Virus record (IMG/VR): IMGVR_UViG_3300042543_000303
Coordinates: 9,961 to 73,960 of that record
DNA length: 64,000 nt
Reading direction: 5' to 3' (one strand)
Source: a virus
The notes beneath the pieces are model-generated. The model had not been told where the DNA came from and did not search any database. It saw only the letters and a program-made list of their open reading frames with translations. How positions within the stretch are numbered: position 1 is the first letter of the stretch; the number at the start of each line of letters is the position of its first letter. The translations under genes were made by a program, and so were the position numbers. Below are positions 54,701-62,421 of the stretch, one piece after another.

Positions 54701-57365
54701 CCTCCGCAAGAGCTTTAACCTCGGCGAGATCAGAGCTAACCTGCTCTTCAACGTCCTTAGGCTTTCCAAGAGGGCGATCCTTAACCCATCGCCCTCTACC
54801 GTCTAGAGTAAACCCGAGCTCTTCCATCTTCGCCGGGTCAAGTTTTTCAGCCTCAGGGCCGTCAATGATGATTTGACCAGGAACTCGACCGCCGGGGTAT
54901 CGCTGACCGTCTTCAGTAACCTCAAAACTAAGTCCGGGGAAAAGCTTACCCTTAGCTTTACCTCCAGAAGTATCTGGGTTAAAAATCTTGTCTAGTTTTT
55001 CAGCGGCGGACCTAAGCTCTACCGCGCGCTTCATGTCCAAAGCGTCGCCGGAAATAACTTTGCCATCGGGTCCGATGAAAGACATGCCACCGCGCTCGAT
55101 GTCATACATGGTCTGACTTATCGCGCGCGCCGCCTTGCGATCTTCCGCGTCGAGGTTAGCAGCACGGATCTTCTTTTCGCGATCCATAGCCTTGAGCCAG
55201 GCCTTGAGCGTCTCTGCATCGCCAGGGCCTAGTGACGCTTCGCCAGCTTCTACCTTTTCCTTGAAGTCATTAGCTTCATTGATCGCTTCTTCAATTTCTT
55301 CATCCGACATCTTTTCAAGATCAGGGAAGCGCTTGTCTCTCGACAGGTACGGATGCTGCTCGGACTCCGGCGCTGATTCGGCGCCGGGCAGCTTGGCGAT
55401 CTCCGGCTTATTCTTAAGCCCGCTCAGCGCATCGTCGGCCTCACGAGTCGCGTCCCAGCGATCCTTCTGAAACTTCTGCGGCAAATCAACGTCGCCCGAC
55501 GTCGCCAAATCGTTCTGCGCGTCGCTCCATGTTTCATCGTCGCTCAGCGCCTCAGACACGGCATCGCGAGATTCGCCATTGCGAACCATATCCACGATGC
55601 TCGAGTCGACGCCAACCTTCTCAAGCGCTGCAGCCATGCGCTCACGAGACTTGTCATAGCGCTCCTGAGCAATATCGGGCAGCGCCGCCTGTACGCCGTC
55701 CCAGTTATAGAACGACCTGCCTTCGATCTCAAGGGTACCGTTAGGGCCCTGCTTAACACGGACTGTGTCGCCGTTCAGATCAGCCGTAAACTCGAGATCG
55801 TCAATGAAGTCCGTCGACCTCTTATCAAACGACGGAGCAGCGTCCGGATTCGACTGCTCGGCCTGCCACTGCGAACGCTCCTCGGCACTGCCAGGCGCGT
55901 CAAGCTTCCGCGGGCTATCCGCCGTCTCCGGAAACTCCGCGCTCCAGTTGTCAGGGACGCTTCGGCCAGACGCATCGACGCCACGAGAAACCTGGTCCTC
56001 GAGATCGGCTGTGCGCGTGTAAACATGCTTATCGTACTCAGCCTGGCGCTTCTTCGACCAAGCAGCGACCTTCTCAGCAGTCGCCGCATCATCAATCTCC
56101 GCCTTAGCCTTCGCGTCAGCGTCCGCGGCCTTCTTTGCGTCAGCCGCTACCGAGTTATCCTCGACGATGCCGAGCGTGTCCGCCCAGTCCTGCGCGTAGC
56201 CAACAACACGCTTGCTACCATCCGTGGAGCGAATCTCATAGAGAGGAAGATCCTTATTCCACTTACCAGACGGGTCAGCACCACCGCCGCGAAGATCAAA
56301 CGTGCCCGGATTCTTCTGATTAACGCCGCCAGCCTTGTTGACGCGGGCGCCAAGTTCCTTGTCGATCTTGCTGTAGCGCGCGATTGTGTACTCATCGTCC
56401 GTGAACACGTCAATACCATCACTGGACGCGCTCTCGTCCTTGCGCCATCCCGCGGGCGCGCCAACCATCTCAGGAACAACAGTCTCGAAGTCACTCGTAA
56501 TCGCGTCATCCGGCCCGTCACTATCGACGCCGTCTGGCAACGCGGTATCCGGCAGCATTGCCTTCGCGCCCTCGGTCTTGTTCGCGGGCACGCGAACAAC
56601 TGAGCCGTCCGGCAACTGTAGATCAAGACTTGACCCGTCGTTCGGGTAGCCGACAACACGACCAATCGTCATCTCCGAGCCGCCGCCAGGCAGACCCATG
56701 CGGAAACGCATCGGCGCGCCCATCTCCGCGAACCGGCCCTTACGGTCACGGCGCTGTGCACGAGCGCGCGCCGAGCGCGCCGCACGCGAGTTACCGTCAG
56801 CGATCAACGCCTTGAGCGGGTCTCCAACAACAAACACTGCGGGGACAGACCCGGGAGGTAGCGCGGCCAGACGGGCACGAGCGTGATCCGCCTCGACGCT
56901 GCCCGGCTCATACGAAAACGCCGCCGCGACCAGCGGTCGAGCATCAGGAGCAATCTCCGGGTCAACGCTCAGCCACTGCGCCTGACTGCGACGCAGCGCC
57001 GATGCGGTCATCGCGTGAGGCGCCGTCGAGGAAGGGTGCCCAACCGGCAACAGGTCAGTGTTACGAGGCTCCACACCCTCTCTAGCCCCGCGAGCAGCCA
57101 ACGAAAGAAACGCCGACAGCGCCCGAATCGCCGCTAGGCGACGAGCCTCAGGCTCAAGAGTGCGGAACTCGTCCAGTGCCCGGTTCACAACGCGCGCCGC
57201 GGACAAGTACGTCACCTGGCGTTCAGGCGCGATCATCGCATTGTTGTCACGAAGCAGAGACAGCACGTCACGGCGCAACGAGGAACGCTTAGACGGCGAG
57301 AAGTTCTTCGCGCGGGCAGGATTACGCGAACCAGCCTCGACAAGACGGTCGATCGGGCTTCTCAC
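48711..57365 (-). CDS. giant polyvalent protein (2884 aa): VIP2-type ADP-ribosyltransferase, PI3/4K- or HipA-like kinase, SH3-like repeats and DarT-like C-terminal domain
   Basis: VFRG..SSW..EHE; GSNKGG..YYVK..NE..DAWLANWD..DN..RVDPGG; ILH..GLLS..DYVF..YELM. Confidence 0.75.
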   Translation of the reverse strand: MRSPIDRLVEAGSRNPARAKNFSPSKRSSLRRDVLSLLRDNNAMIAPERQVTYLSAARVVNRALDEFRTLEPEARRLAAIRALSAFLSLAARGAREGVEPRNTDLLPVGHPSSTAPHAMTASALRRSQAQWLSVDPEIAPDARPLVAAAFSYEPGSVEADHARARLAALPPGSVPAVFVVGDPLKALIADGNSRAARSARARAQRRDRKGRFAEMGAPMRFRMGLPGGGSEMTIGRVVGYPNDGSSLDLQLPDGSVVRVPANKTEGAKAMLPDTALPDGVDSDGPDDAITSDFETVVPEMVGAPAGWRKDESASSDGIDVFTDDEYTIARYSKIDKELGARVNKAGGVNQKNPGTFDLRGGGADPSGKWNKDLPLYEIRSTDGSKRVVGYAQDWADTLGIVEDNSVAADAKKAADADAKAKAEIDDAATAEKVAAWSKKRQAEYDKHVYTRTADLEDQVSRGVDASGRSVPDNWSAEFPETADSPRKLDAPGSAEERSQWQAEQSNPDAAPSFDKRSTDFIDDLEFTADLNGDTVRVKQGPNGTLEIEGRSFYNWDGVQAALPDIAQERYDKSRERMAAALEKVGVDSSIVDMVRNGESRDAVSEALSDDETWSDAQNDLATSGDVDLPQKFQKDRWDATREADDALSGLKNKPEIAKLPGAESAPESEQHPYLSRDKRFPDLEKMSDEEIEEAINEANDFKEKVEAGEASLGPGDAETLKAWLKAMDREKKIRAANLDAEDRKAARAISQTMYDIERGGMSFIGPDGKVISGDALDMKRAVELRSAAEKLDKIFNPDTSGGKAKGKLFPGLSFEVTEDGQRYPGGRVPGQIIIDGPEAEKLDPAKMEELGFTLDGRGRWVKDRPLGKPKDVEEQVSSDLAEVKALAEEGASSSQPSVPESIVELPDAPEAKEPPSPASSQSFDFVNVPEGAYKMNLDFFEPEGRVDEDSADYTDDPRVLAQKFSEEQLTEALAEALVNDKSFADSFLEQLDDEPSEDDEDAPKPKKSKPGPKPKKKTNNTATGSGKLAFDGGDEYVPAEALYLALQERGVDIDGLVADMYDSRAGDSQNRDALNESRGEGGSVPLAEIREQEPEVVADELDEILEEESVEEAEPDVYVSQRQLEKLNIAAEISAIDVDELQPGVRELRNFAMQLPIPADESEAMANRAAIAEFLAPALAGVMSDTASDSDKALIASWWGLFQHIDNGDGGVVSTGLREVAKALADYSGIDDSDYNAVSALASEIYKQLGSIDDFKESKSAFAAGEEGSEIYRAFAEILAAGASANQRPVFRGVDMSIFDEDFELYTTEGSVINFAPSSWTWEESTADSYAKRNFKSDDNTAGVVFRLDAGEATSMNIERLSWFFHEHEDVVWGQYVVDSVTKETAPTYGGETKDTYVVNLRPMTTPEWARYNANGDYSSLLSENEYVEMPEGYHDVSPDTYEPEYPEGDNYEGVPEGFTDSPLYLAEMWETNDLIEQLRAGVEDGTGFGSFEYPLDEGYTAQIPVEAIRDALQIQGFDTDEILRDVANAGDGVDADTETDEPDIEPAESIAADEIAAVRDETALSEFDISDWKQVGGQMGSNKGGTYEDADGNRYYVKYPKSDLHAQNETLASALYRAAGVDAAGIYLGRDGNGDLVTVSPMIDGATSDFGSRLDEQDYLEKVQDGFAVDAWLANWDVAGLVFDNVVTDADGNPVRVDPGGALIFRAQGAPKGGAFGNEVTELDTLRDPNKNAQSFAVFGSMSTDQLRESARKLLPMTPDKIEDMVGAIVQDPEQAKELSDKLKARRQYILDYVSLNDEQPETHVNTYVDDEKETPAGVATPEPAGVPDDYTPPAATVDEPSPEPEPESAPVADSYLSSDGTPLQIGMKVRSTKDGLEAEVVKFDKNPKYVFVKDASGKKIVRSTKTLEILTDSDESPASEPEAPEAPEAPSPGEPEDTSTFQSKIDALMALEPVLQGGVGVDAIADALGIEPAVDMYNYLRLRHPAYYDKNPESVFIPSALLPAIRDGLTSDGRDDIDAIVSDVVLNGPKAAYEYERMPISAAYADIAESLADGENGKYSNADIFDLAKDQRWNIYEAMYSGDSVVDIAPPGGYETPISVSALISVLEDKGWSVPEPKDNAPTMPTPAAPEPAAPEIEETPEPEPVASEPTAADSLDLKLPNMETPGSVVKSVPKSALEAIDYSGTVGDGVEYSIKGDLVSDYNVGGKYTGKVAGVTLTVKGKTFPIKDALKKAGYRYNGDDKSWSITLKPGMGVGTLDDALASIYGGLEKIGPVSGEHYTSFKDDNNDSEPEADVSEPEAPPAAAEAVDVPTPPPGAPTLPDANGNPIWVGAKVTDAQGNEGTVVKLQPNGTYVDVKFPDETKKARSIKKVVVSGTGDMPVAKSNTPKKSSKPIQTGAPAVVVDEPQSWNQSNFEDVKSMSGAIDYVRQDADSATRGASVATDAGDVEDLDVRVTRVLDQGGDEKLMLKYRLTSWAGAVLAKKVFGDPDVKSTELRIRKLRRDQDGLMRIAPDSAYKNGYGRTYEFTVDTDSGPATVILHRANTSDGANPSSSGPKAFHNLVQVVLPGNATEDDIAKVMTAAGVRDARPAVQEDARVLIENRVLSLFGKETNPTKNLSGPAREAKLEEIYKKWGFALEDIRVVSGADGRIEYRLPPEVAEKIAKATGVKAILHSITPPSETATGKLLYSGPEDERRAAWLEYYLELFGSPHDGLLSTTTRWTEGIGRNGMSSTSDAVTGGADYVFTAPKGYRPDTTVYSDSYNSGPRIVFRPEAVFERLDMYANQNDKFGKRSNTADIIKNITPYTYELMLKHRLDWSDLDHVLIPEARMRDDLIAALKARGIFSLGGIPIEQIFISKGEDLPDISPEERAKLKAAMDKIS

Positions 57366-58492
57366 TGCTCGACTCCTTCAATGCGTGGTAGCAAATCCGC
57401 GTCCCGAGAAACACGACCGCGGCTAGCGAGTTCGTACGCGCGACGATACGGGTCATCGCCGTCGCGTACAGCGCGCTGCCATGACGCGCGCAAAGGCTCA
57501 ATCATCTCGTAACCCTCGCCAGAGAACTCGGCAAGCGCGAAGATCGCCTGCTCAGGGCTGTCATAGTCCATTGGGTTCAACAACGTGACCTCAAGCTCGG
57601 CCGCGTACAGATCCGCGCCAACCGCGGCGACAATAGACGCGGTTGACTTCGGGTGTGCCGATGGCAACAGGTCGTTATCCTGCACGTAACTCGAACGCGC
57701 AGGGCGCCCGGAACGCAACAAACGCAGAAACGCATTCACTCGAGCCATCGCCCATGCGTCGCGAGACACTCCAGGGCGATGCGAACTCGAGTACGCACCA
57801 GCACCACGGCGATACACAGCCTTAAGCATACTCAGTGTCGCGCGGCGGCCGTCGCTAGCTGTCGCGTTATGCTTTGTCACCTTGCCGCGGAGCGTGTCCT
57901 CGGTCTTCTTTGAAAACTTAATCGACCGCGCCTTACCACGCTGCGCAGAACCGGGCGCATTGCGTTTTGACCCTTTAACGCGATCCTTCTTAGGCGCAGG
58001 GCGAGATGCCGCCGCAGAAATCGAAATCTCGATCTCAGTCTCGTTATCGTCATCGTCGCCCGCGCACTTCTGACAGTCGCAGTCCTCGGCGCAGTCGCAA
58101 CCGGCAGGTTTCCCTGGGCAATCGCACGACGCGGACAAACACGGGCAATGCTTAGGTTCGTCGTCATCGTCTGACTTACCAGACATGTTCACAACGCCAT
58201 CAGGAATCACCGCAAGGCGGCACTTACCCTCCGGCTCAACCTCACGGGCAATAATCCTGCACTCGGTACCGCCGAGATACAGCACGCAGTTCGCGCACTT
58301 AACACCAATATTCGCGTCCTTGTTGATCTCCGCCGGTGCATACGCCGCGTAGATACCCGTGCCATCCTCATTGAACTTGCCATACTTCTCAGCAATCTCA
58401 ATAAGAGCCTTAGCCATCTCCTGCTCTTCTGGCACGAGTTGAATCGCCGCGGTAATCGCGTCCGTGACCTCGTTACTCGGGAAGGAGCTCAT
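57362..58492 (-). CDS. head-associated protein with HiPIP-like, metallothionein-like and DUF5824-like segments
   Basis: CANC...C...C; CPCLSASCDC...CDC..DCDC..C; L..VYRRG.GAY..SHRPG....WA.ARV..F. Confidence 0.65.
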   Translation of the reverse strand: MSSFPSNEVTDAITAAIQLVPEEQEMAKALIEIAEKYGKFNEDGTGIYAAYAPAEINKDANIGVKCANCVLYLGGTECRIIAREVEPEGKCRLAVIPDGVVNMSGKSDDDDEPKHCPCLSASCDCPGKPAGCDCAEDCDCQKCAGDDDDNETEIEISISAAASRPAPKKDRVKGSKRNAPGSAQRGKARSIKFSKKTEDTLRGKVTKHNATASDGRRATLSMLKAVYRRGAGAYSSSHRPGVSRDAWAMARVNAFLRLLRSGRPARSSYVQDNDLLPSAHPKSTASIVAAVGADLYAAELEVTLLNPMDYDSPEQAIFALAEFSGEGYEMIEPLRASWQRAVRDGDDPYRRAYELASRGRVSRDADLLPRIEGVEQ

Positions 58493-60251
58493 CCGCGCCC
58501 TCTCCAGTTGACTCGGGAGCCGCTGGGCTCACGGTGTCAGCGGGTGATGGCGTCGTTGTGTCCGTAGCAGGCGACGCAGGCGCGCCACCCTTCAACATTT
58601 GCTGAACCTCGGGTGGAATCGGCGCCGGCGAGGCAGCCTGCGAAGCACCGCGTGCCGCGTTCATCATCTCTGGCGCGATCGCGTTCAACATCGACTCGAC
58701 AAGCTCAGGCAGCATCTGCCCCTTCTCGAGCATCATGCGCAACGCGAGCTCATTCGGCGTCGGGGCGTCCGCGTCCGAGAACCCGTGTGCGCGGCGCCAC
58801 GTATCAAACGAAACCGCGTGGCGATCAAAGCCCATATCCGCGTCAGCCGCGCGATCATTGCGAGTTGCCACAGCAGTCGGGTCATACCAGACCACAACCT
58901 TCTCGACGTCGCCGGGCGACCAGCCCTGCGCGAGAAGATACGGCCGCAGGTACATAACCGTGAGCGCGTCAACAATGAGAAGCATCAACGGCTCAATATG
59001 AGCCTTGTACAGGTTCTCGTCAATCTGCATCGCGTTGCTGTACTTCACGTTCGCGAGACCGGTAACGACATCCTTCGGAACATCGAGCCCCTGCAGAATA
59101 CGCTCAAGCACGCGATCCGCGCGCTGCGCAAGCGCCGGATCAAACGACCGCTCAAACTTGAACTGCTTAATCTTGTCGCCAAGCTCCGCAGGCCCGCGAA
59201 TAATGAGAGGCACAACAGCGGACGCGGAGTCCTCGTCACGAATTGGCGTCGTCATCGCGTCGATAAGCTGATCCTCGAACTCGTCCGCGGCCTCTTCAGC
59301 GGTAATACCCGGATTCAGATCAAGATCATCATCGTACGGGTAGTCAGGGTCCGGTGACGCGGCAACCGAGAGACCGTCCGGCAGATACAGCGCGCCAGCA
59401 TTAAGACGCGAGCGAGCAGTAGCCCGGAATGTGCGATTCAGTAGCAGAAGCTCCGAGCACAGATCGAGCAGCCCGCGCAGGCTTGAGTCCGCCTCGTCCG
59501 AATAGCGAGGGTGCGGACGCCAGATACGACCAACAAACGCCTTATTCGGAAGCTGGAACCCTCCCTTATTACTTGACATGCCGCCACCGGCAAGATCGCG
59601 GCGAGGAGTCACCATGGTGCCACCGCGCGGATCAACGCTCAGCTCGTCCGTGGAACGAATATCCCAGGTCTCCGGCAAACCCTGCCCGGGACGCTCAGGA
59701 ACCTGCACCAGGTAACACTCGCCGGTCACGGACAGATTTAGCGCCGCGTCACGGAGCAGGCCAGGCTGACCACCATACGCGGAGTTCAAACGCGCCAGCG
59801 CGCGCTGAGCCGCGCCCGCAAGCGCTGGATCCAACCGAGCATCCGAATCGACAGGAACCGGAGCGTCCGACGGGTCATTCGTCACCGCGGCGTACAGGCG
59901 AATTCGAGAGATGACCGAGGCAACCAGATTGAACGCGTATTTGACCTCGCCAATCGCGTCGTAGTACTCCCACGCCTCGGTCTGCCAGGCGGACGCGGCC
60001 GAGGCCCGACGATTCTTAAACTGTTCAACCTCGCCCTTATCGTTGATCTTGATAATCGCGGCGGCGGCGGTCAACGGGCGATAGACTGAATACGGTGGAA
60101 TCTCCTGAGTTGACGAGAACACCGCGAGCGGGCCAGCCGAGGCAACAACCGGAGAGGTCACGGGTGTGAGCGCGGACGATGCGCTACGAGCGCGAACGCG
60201 AGAAGACGACCGATCAGCCGCGGACGAATCGTCCCGCGAGAAAATCCCCAC
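58473..60251 (-). CDS. portal protein
   Basis: WQ.EAW.YYD.IGE.KY, N..V.GE, R.W.PHPR....ADS, SA.VP; first large gene of the head module. Confidence 0.85.
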   Translation of the reverse strand: MGIFSRDDSSAADRSSSRVRARSASSALTPVTSPVVASAGPLAVFSSTQEIPPYSVYRPLTAAAAIIKINDKGEVEQFKNRRASAASAWQTEAWEYYDAIGEVKYAFNLVASVISRIRLYAAVTNDPSDAPVPVDSDARLDPALAGAAQRALARLNSAYGGQPGLLRDAALNLSVTGECYLVQVPERPGQGLPETWDIRSTDELSVDPRGGTMVTPRRDLAGGGMSSNKGGFQLPNKAFVGRIWRPHPRYSDEADSSLRGLLDLCSELLLLNRTFRATARSRLNAGALYLPDGLSVAASPDPDYPYDDDLDLNPGITAEEAADEFEDQLIDAMTTPIRDEDSASAVVPLIIRGPAELGDKIKQFKFERSFDPALAQRADRVLERILQGLDVPKDVVTGLANVKYSNAMQIDENLYKAHIEPLMLLIVDALTVMYLRPYLLAQGWSPGDVEKVVVWYDPTAVATRNDRAADADMGFDRHAVSFDTWRRAHGFSDADAPTPNELALRMMLEKGQMLPELVESMLNAIAPEMMNAARGASQAASPAPIPPEVQQMLKGGAPASPATDTTTPSPADTVSPAAPESTGEGADELLPE

Positions 60252-60309
60252 GAACTAGCTCCTTGTCGTCGTCACGTGCAGGAACGGAGCGAGGCGGTTC
60301 ATGCTCATA

Positions 60310-60633
60310 CTATGAACCGTCACGCGCGGCCAGCAAACCAATCACCGCGCTGATCGCGAAAACTACCGCGACAACCGTGGTTGGCCCTGGAACCATAATA
60401 TAGGCGATCACGAGAAGTGATGAGACCCAGAAACCCGTGCACCACGGGCACGTGAACAAATAGCCGATCCCTCCGCGCTCCGGCGGGCGATGCCGCCATA
60501 GCCATTCCCGAAACCCGTCAAGAACGTGATCCCAGAGTAACAACCGCGTGATGCGATATCCGGCAAGACCGAAAATCACGAGCGCGGTCAAGTAATAGAT
60601 CGGCGTCCAATCGGACGAATAACCTGTGATCAC
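60310..60633 (-). CDS. DUF1360-family membrane protein
   Basis: YR.TRL...D...R, L.TCPWC.GFW, hydrophobic helices. Confidence 0.85.
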   Translation of the reverse strand: MITGYSSDWTPIYYLTALVIFGLAGYRITRLLLWDHVLDGFREWLWRHRPPERGGIGYLFTCPWCTGFWVSSLLVIAYIMVPGPTTVVAVVFAISAVIGLLAARDGS

Positions 60634-61007
60634 AATGTTGGGTCCTTAATCGAGTTGAGCGTCTTATACGGATTCCACGCGCGTAGCCGGCTGCCACAGC
60701 CGCAATTATCCTGCCGGCGAAACGCGAGACCCTTACCAGACTCCGTCAAGAGCTGAGAATCAACGTCACGGGAACCAGAAAGATTCACCGCGCGCACACC
60801 CTCACGAAACACGAGCTGCGGCCCGTTGCCCGCAACGCCGTCAACCGCGACAAGCACCAGCTCCTCGAACACGATGATCCGCGCACGATCAACGCCCATC
60901 GCACCGGAAGGGCGCGAAGAACCCGTGCCCAGCAACGTGTAATCGCCAAAGGAGCCAGACGGAGCCGCGACAACAATCGCCGGAAACACGTCGGACACAA
61001 CCTTCAC
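60630..61007 (-). CDS. hypothetical protein (CGCGSRL C-terminus)
   Basis: Likely GTG start at 61007; coupled to the DUF1360 gene. Confidence 0.6.
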   Translation of the reverse strand: MKVVSDVFPAIVVAAPSGSFGDYTLLGTGSSRPSGAMGVDRARIIVFEELVLVAVDGVAGNGPQLVFREGVRAVNLSGSRDVDSQLLTESGKGLAFRRQDNCGCGSRLRAWNPYKTLNSIKDPTL

Positions 61008-61020
61008 CGCAGGCACCCGC

Positions 61021-61341
61021 TCACTTGCTCGAGATCTCAAACATCTCCCACCCGAGAAACGCTCGAGCAAGAGGAATCGGAACAATCACCGGACGGGACT
61101 CAGTCGCCAGCGCGACACCCGCCGCGTTCGCGTTCAACCAGTATGAGACGTCATCACCGGACAACATCACCGCGCAGCCAGCCGTTGATGGCTCGCGGCG
61201 AAGCGCGACGAGCGGACGAGCAAGAGGGCGACCCGTACGCTCACCCGTCACCGCGACCAGGTACCGAGCACGAGACGAGAACGCCGCTCGAGGATTCGTC
61301 CACACGATCACTCCGAAATCGGCCTCCTCGAGCGTTGACAT
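61021..61341 (-). CDS. hypothetical protein
   Basis: 106-aa ORF with GGGAG RBS. Confidence 0.6.
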   Translation of the reverse strand: MSTLEEADFGVIVWTNPRAAFSSRARYLVAVTGERTGRPLARPLVALRREPSTAGCAVMLSGDDVSYWLNANAAGVALATESRPVIVPIPLARAFLGWEMFEISSK

Positions 61342-61406
61342 CTCTGGGCGCTCCCTTTCCGGTTCATTCGCGCGGAGGCGCGAGGCATACTGCTTGTCTT
61401 ACTAAA

Positions 61407-61919
61407 TTACTTGACTCGAACAGACATCGCGCGGTACGTCACGCCAGCCGCGTTCGCGAGCGCGCGAATCGGCACGCCATGCGAGTGAAGCTCCCGACAC
61501 AGCGCGGTCAGATCCGCGTGCGCCTGCCCGATTGGCGAATTCGGATTCGTCCGCGCCCGATACCGACGCGCCACGGGAGCTAAAGCTGCAATTCGCTGCC
61601 GCGCGTGCTCAGGAATACCCGGTGCAAGAGAACGCGCACGAGACGGCACAGGCTGAGAGGATGACGGCGAAGGAGGCGGAGGAGCGGCGACAAGCGGAAG
61701 ATCCTCAACAGGGAGTGTGCACGCGTTGATCCAGGAGCGCACGGTGGTGCGAGCTCGCGGCGGAGAAAACGCGTCACCGATACTGCTCAACGACCAGCCC
61801 GCCTCGTACAGCGCGCGAACACGCGCGTGCAGTCCGTCGCTTGACAGCGCGGCGAGAACTTCGCACTCGGAGGTTGGTAGCGGCGCACGGCGTGCAGATG
61901 TGCGGGTGCGCTCGATCAC
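61407..61919 (-). CDS. tandem helix-turn-helix DNA-binding protein
   Basis: LYEAGWSLSSIG...TTVRSW and LHSHGVPIRALANAAGVTY units; TATAGT 6 nt before the GTG. Confidence 0.7.
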   Translation of the reverse strand: MIERTRTSARRAPLPTSECEVLAALSSDGLHARVRALYEAGWSLSSIGDAFSPPRARTTVRSWINACTLPVEDLPLVAAPPPPSPSSSQPVPSRARSLAPGIPEHARQRIAALAPVARRYRARTNPNSPIGQAHADLTALCRELHSHGVPIRALANAAGVTYRAMSVRVK

Positions 61920-62106
61920 CGAGTCACTATATCACTCCGGGCGCGCAGTGTACACAGGCGAACATCGACGCGGTGACGAAGAGTTGTACAAAGAGGGGGA
62001 CGAAGAGTAGGTTTAGGTTAAGTGGCTTTGGCGTGAGAGAGCGATATTGTATATTTTGAGGCGATAAGAAAACACTTCTAAAAAGTAGCGGCCTCCTGCA
62101 CTTAAG

Positions 62107-62148
62107 AAAACTTATAAGAAAACTTATCTAAGTTTTCTTATAAGTTTT
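62107..62148. repeat. perfect 20-bp AT-rich inverted repeat with 2-nt spacer
   Basis: AAAACTTATAAGAAAACTTA-TC-TAAGTTTTCTTATAAGTTTT. Confidence 0.95.
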
Positions 62149-62390
62149 TCCATTGATGAATTCTAGTGGCGAGCTGGTCGACCTGCCTGCCTACCTTCCT
62201 GCCACCTTCCTGCCACCTGCCTGGCTATTAGTCTAGTACTAGTCCTTGCCTTGGCTTGTGCCTTGCGCCTGGTTTGATGGCTAGGTTTAGTTGAGCTTGT
62301 CAGGTTGCTTGTGTGTAGTAGCTGGGTGTAGTCGATTGGGTGCAGCTACGTTAGTGCTAGACTAAGTGCGCGTGCCATGGGCTAATAGCA

Positions 62391-62421
62391 AAGTGGCACC
62401 CACCCCCGGTGGATGCCACTT
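62391..62421 (-). terminator. intrinsic terminator
   Basis: AAGTGGCATCCACC-GG-GGGTGGGTGCCACTT-type hairpin followed by TGCTATT on the minus strand, downstream of 62445..62972. Confidence 0.6.

Noticed and set aside
48711-57365. Giant ORF as a tape measure, RNA polymerase or intein-containing protein
   Set aside because: The tape measure is at 31873..35766, and no DxDGD, LAGLIDADG or intein splice motifs were seen.
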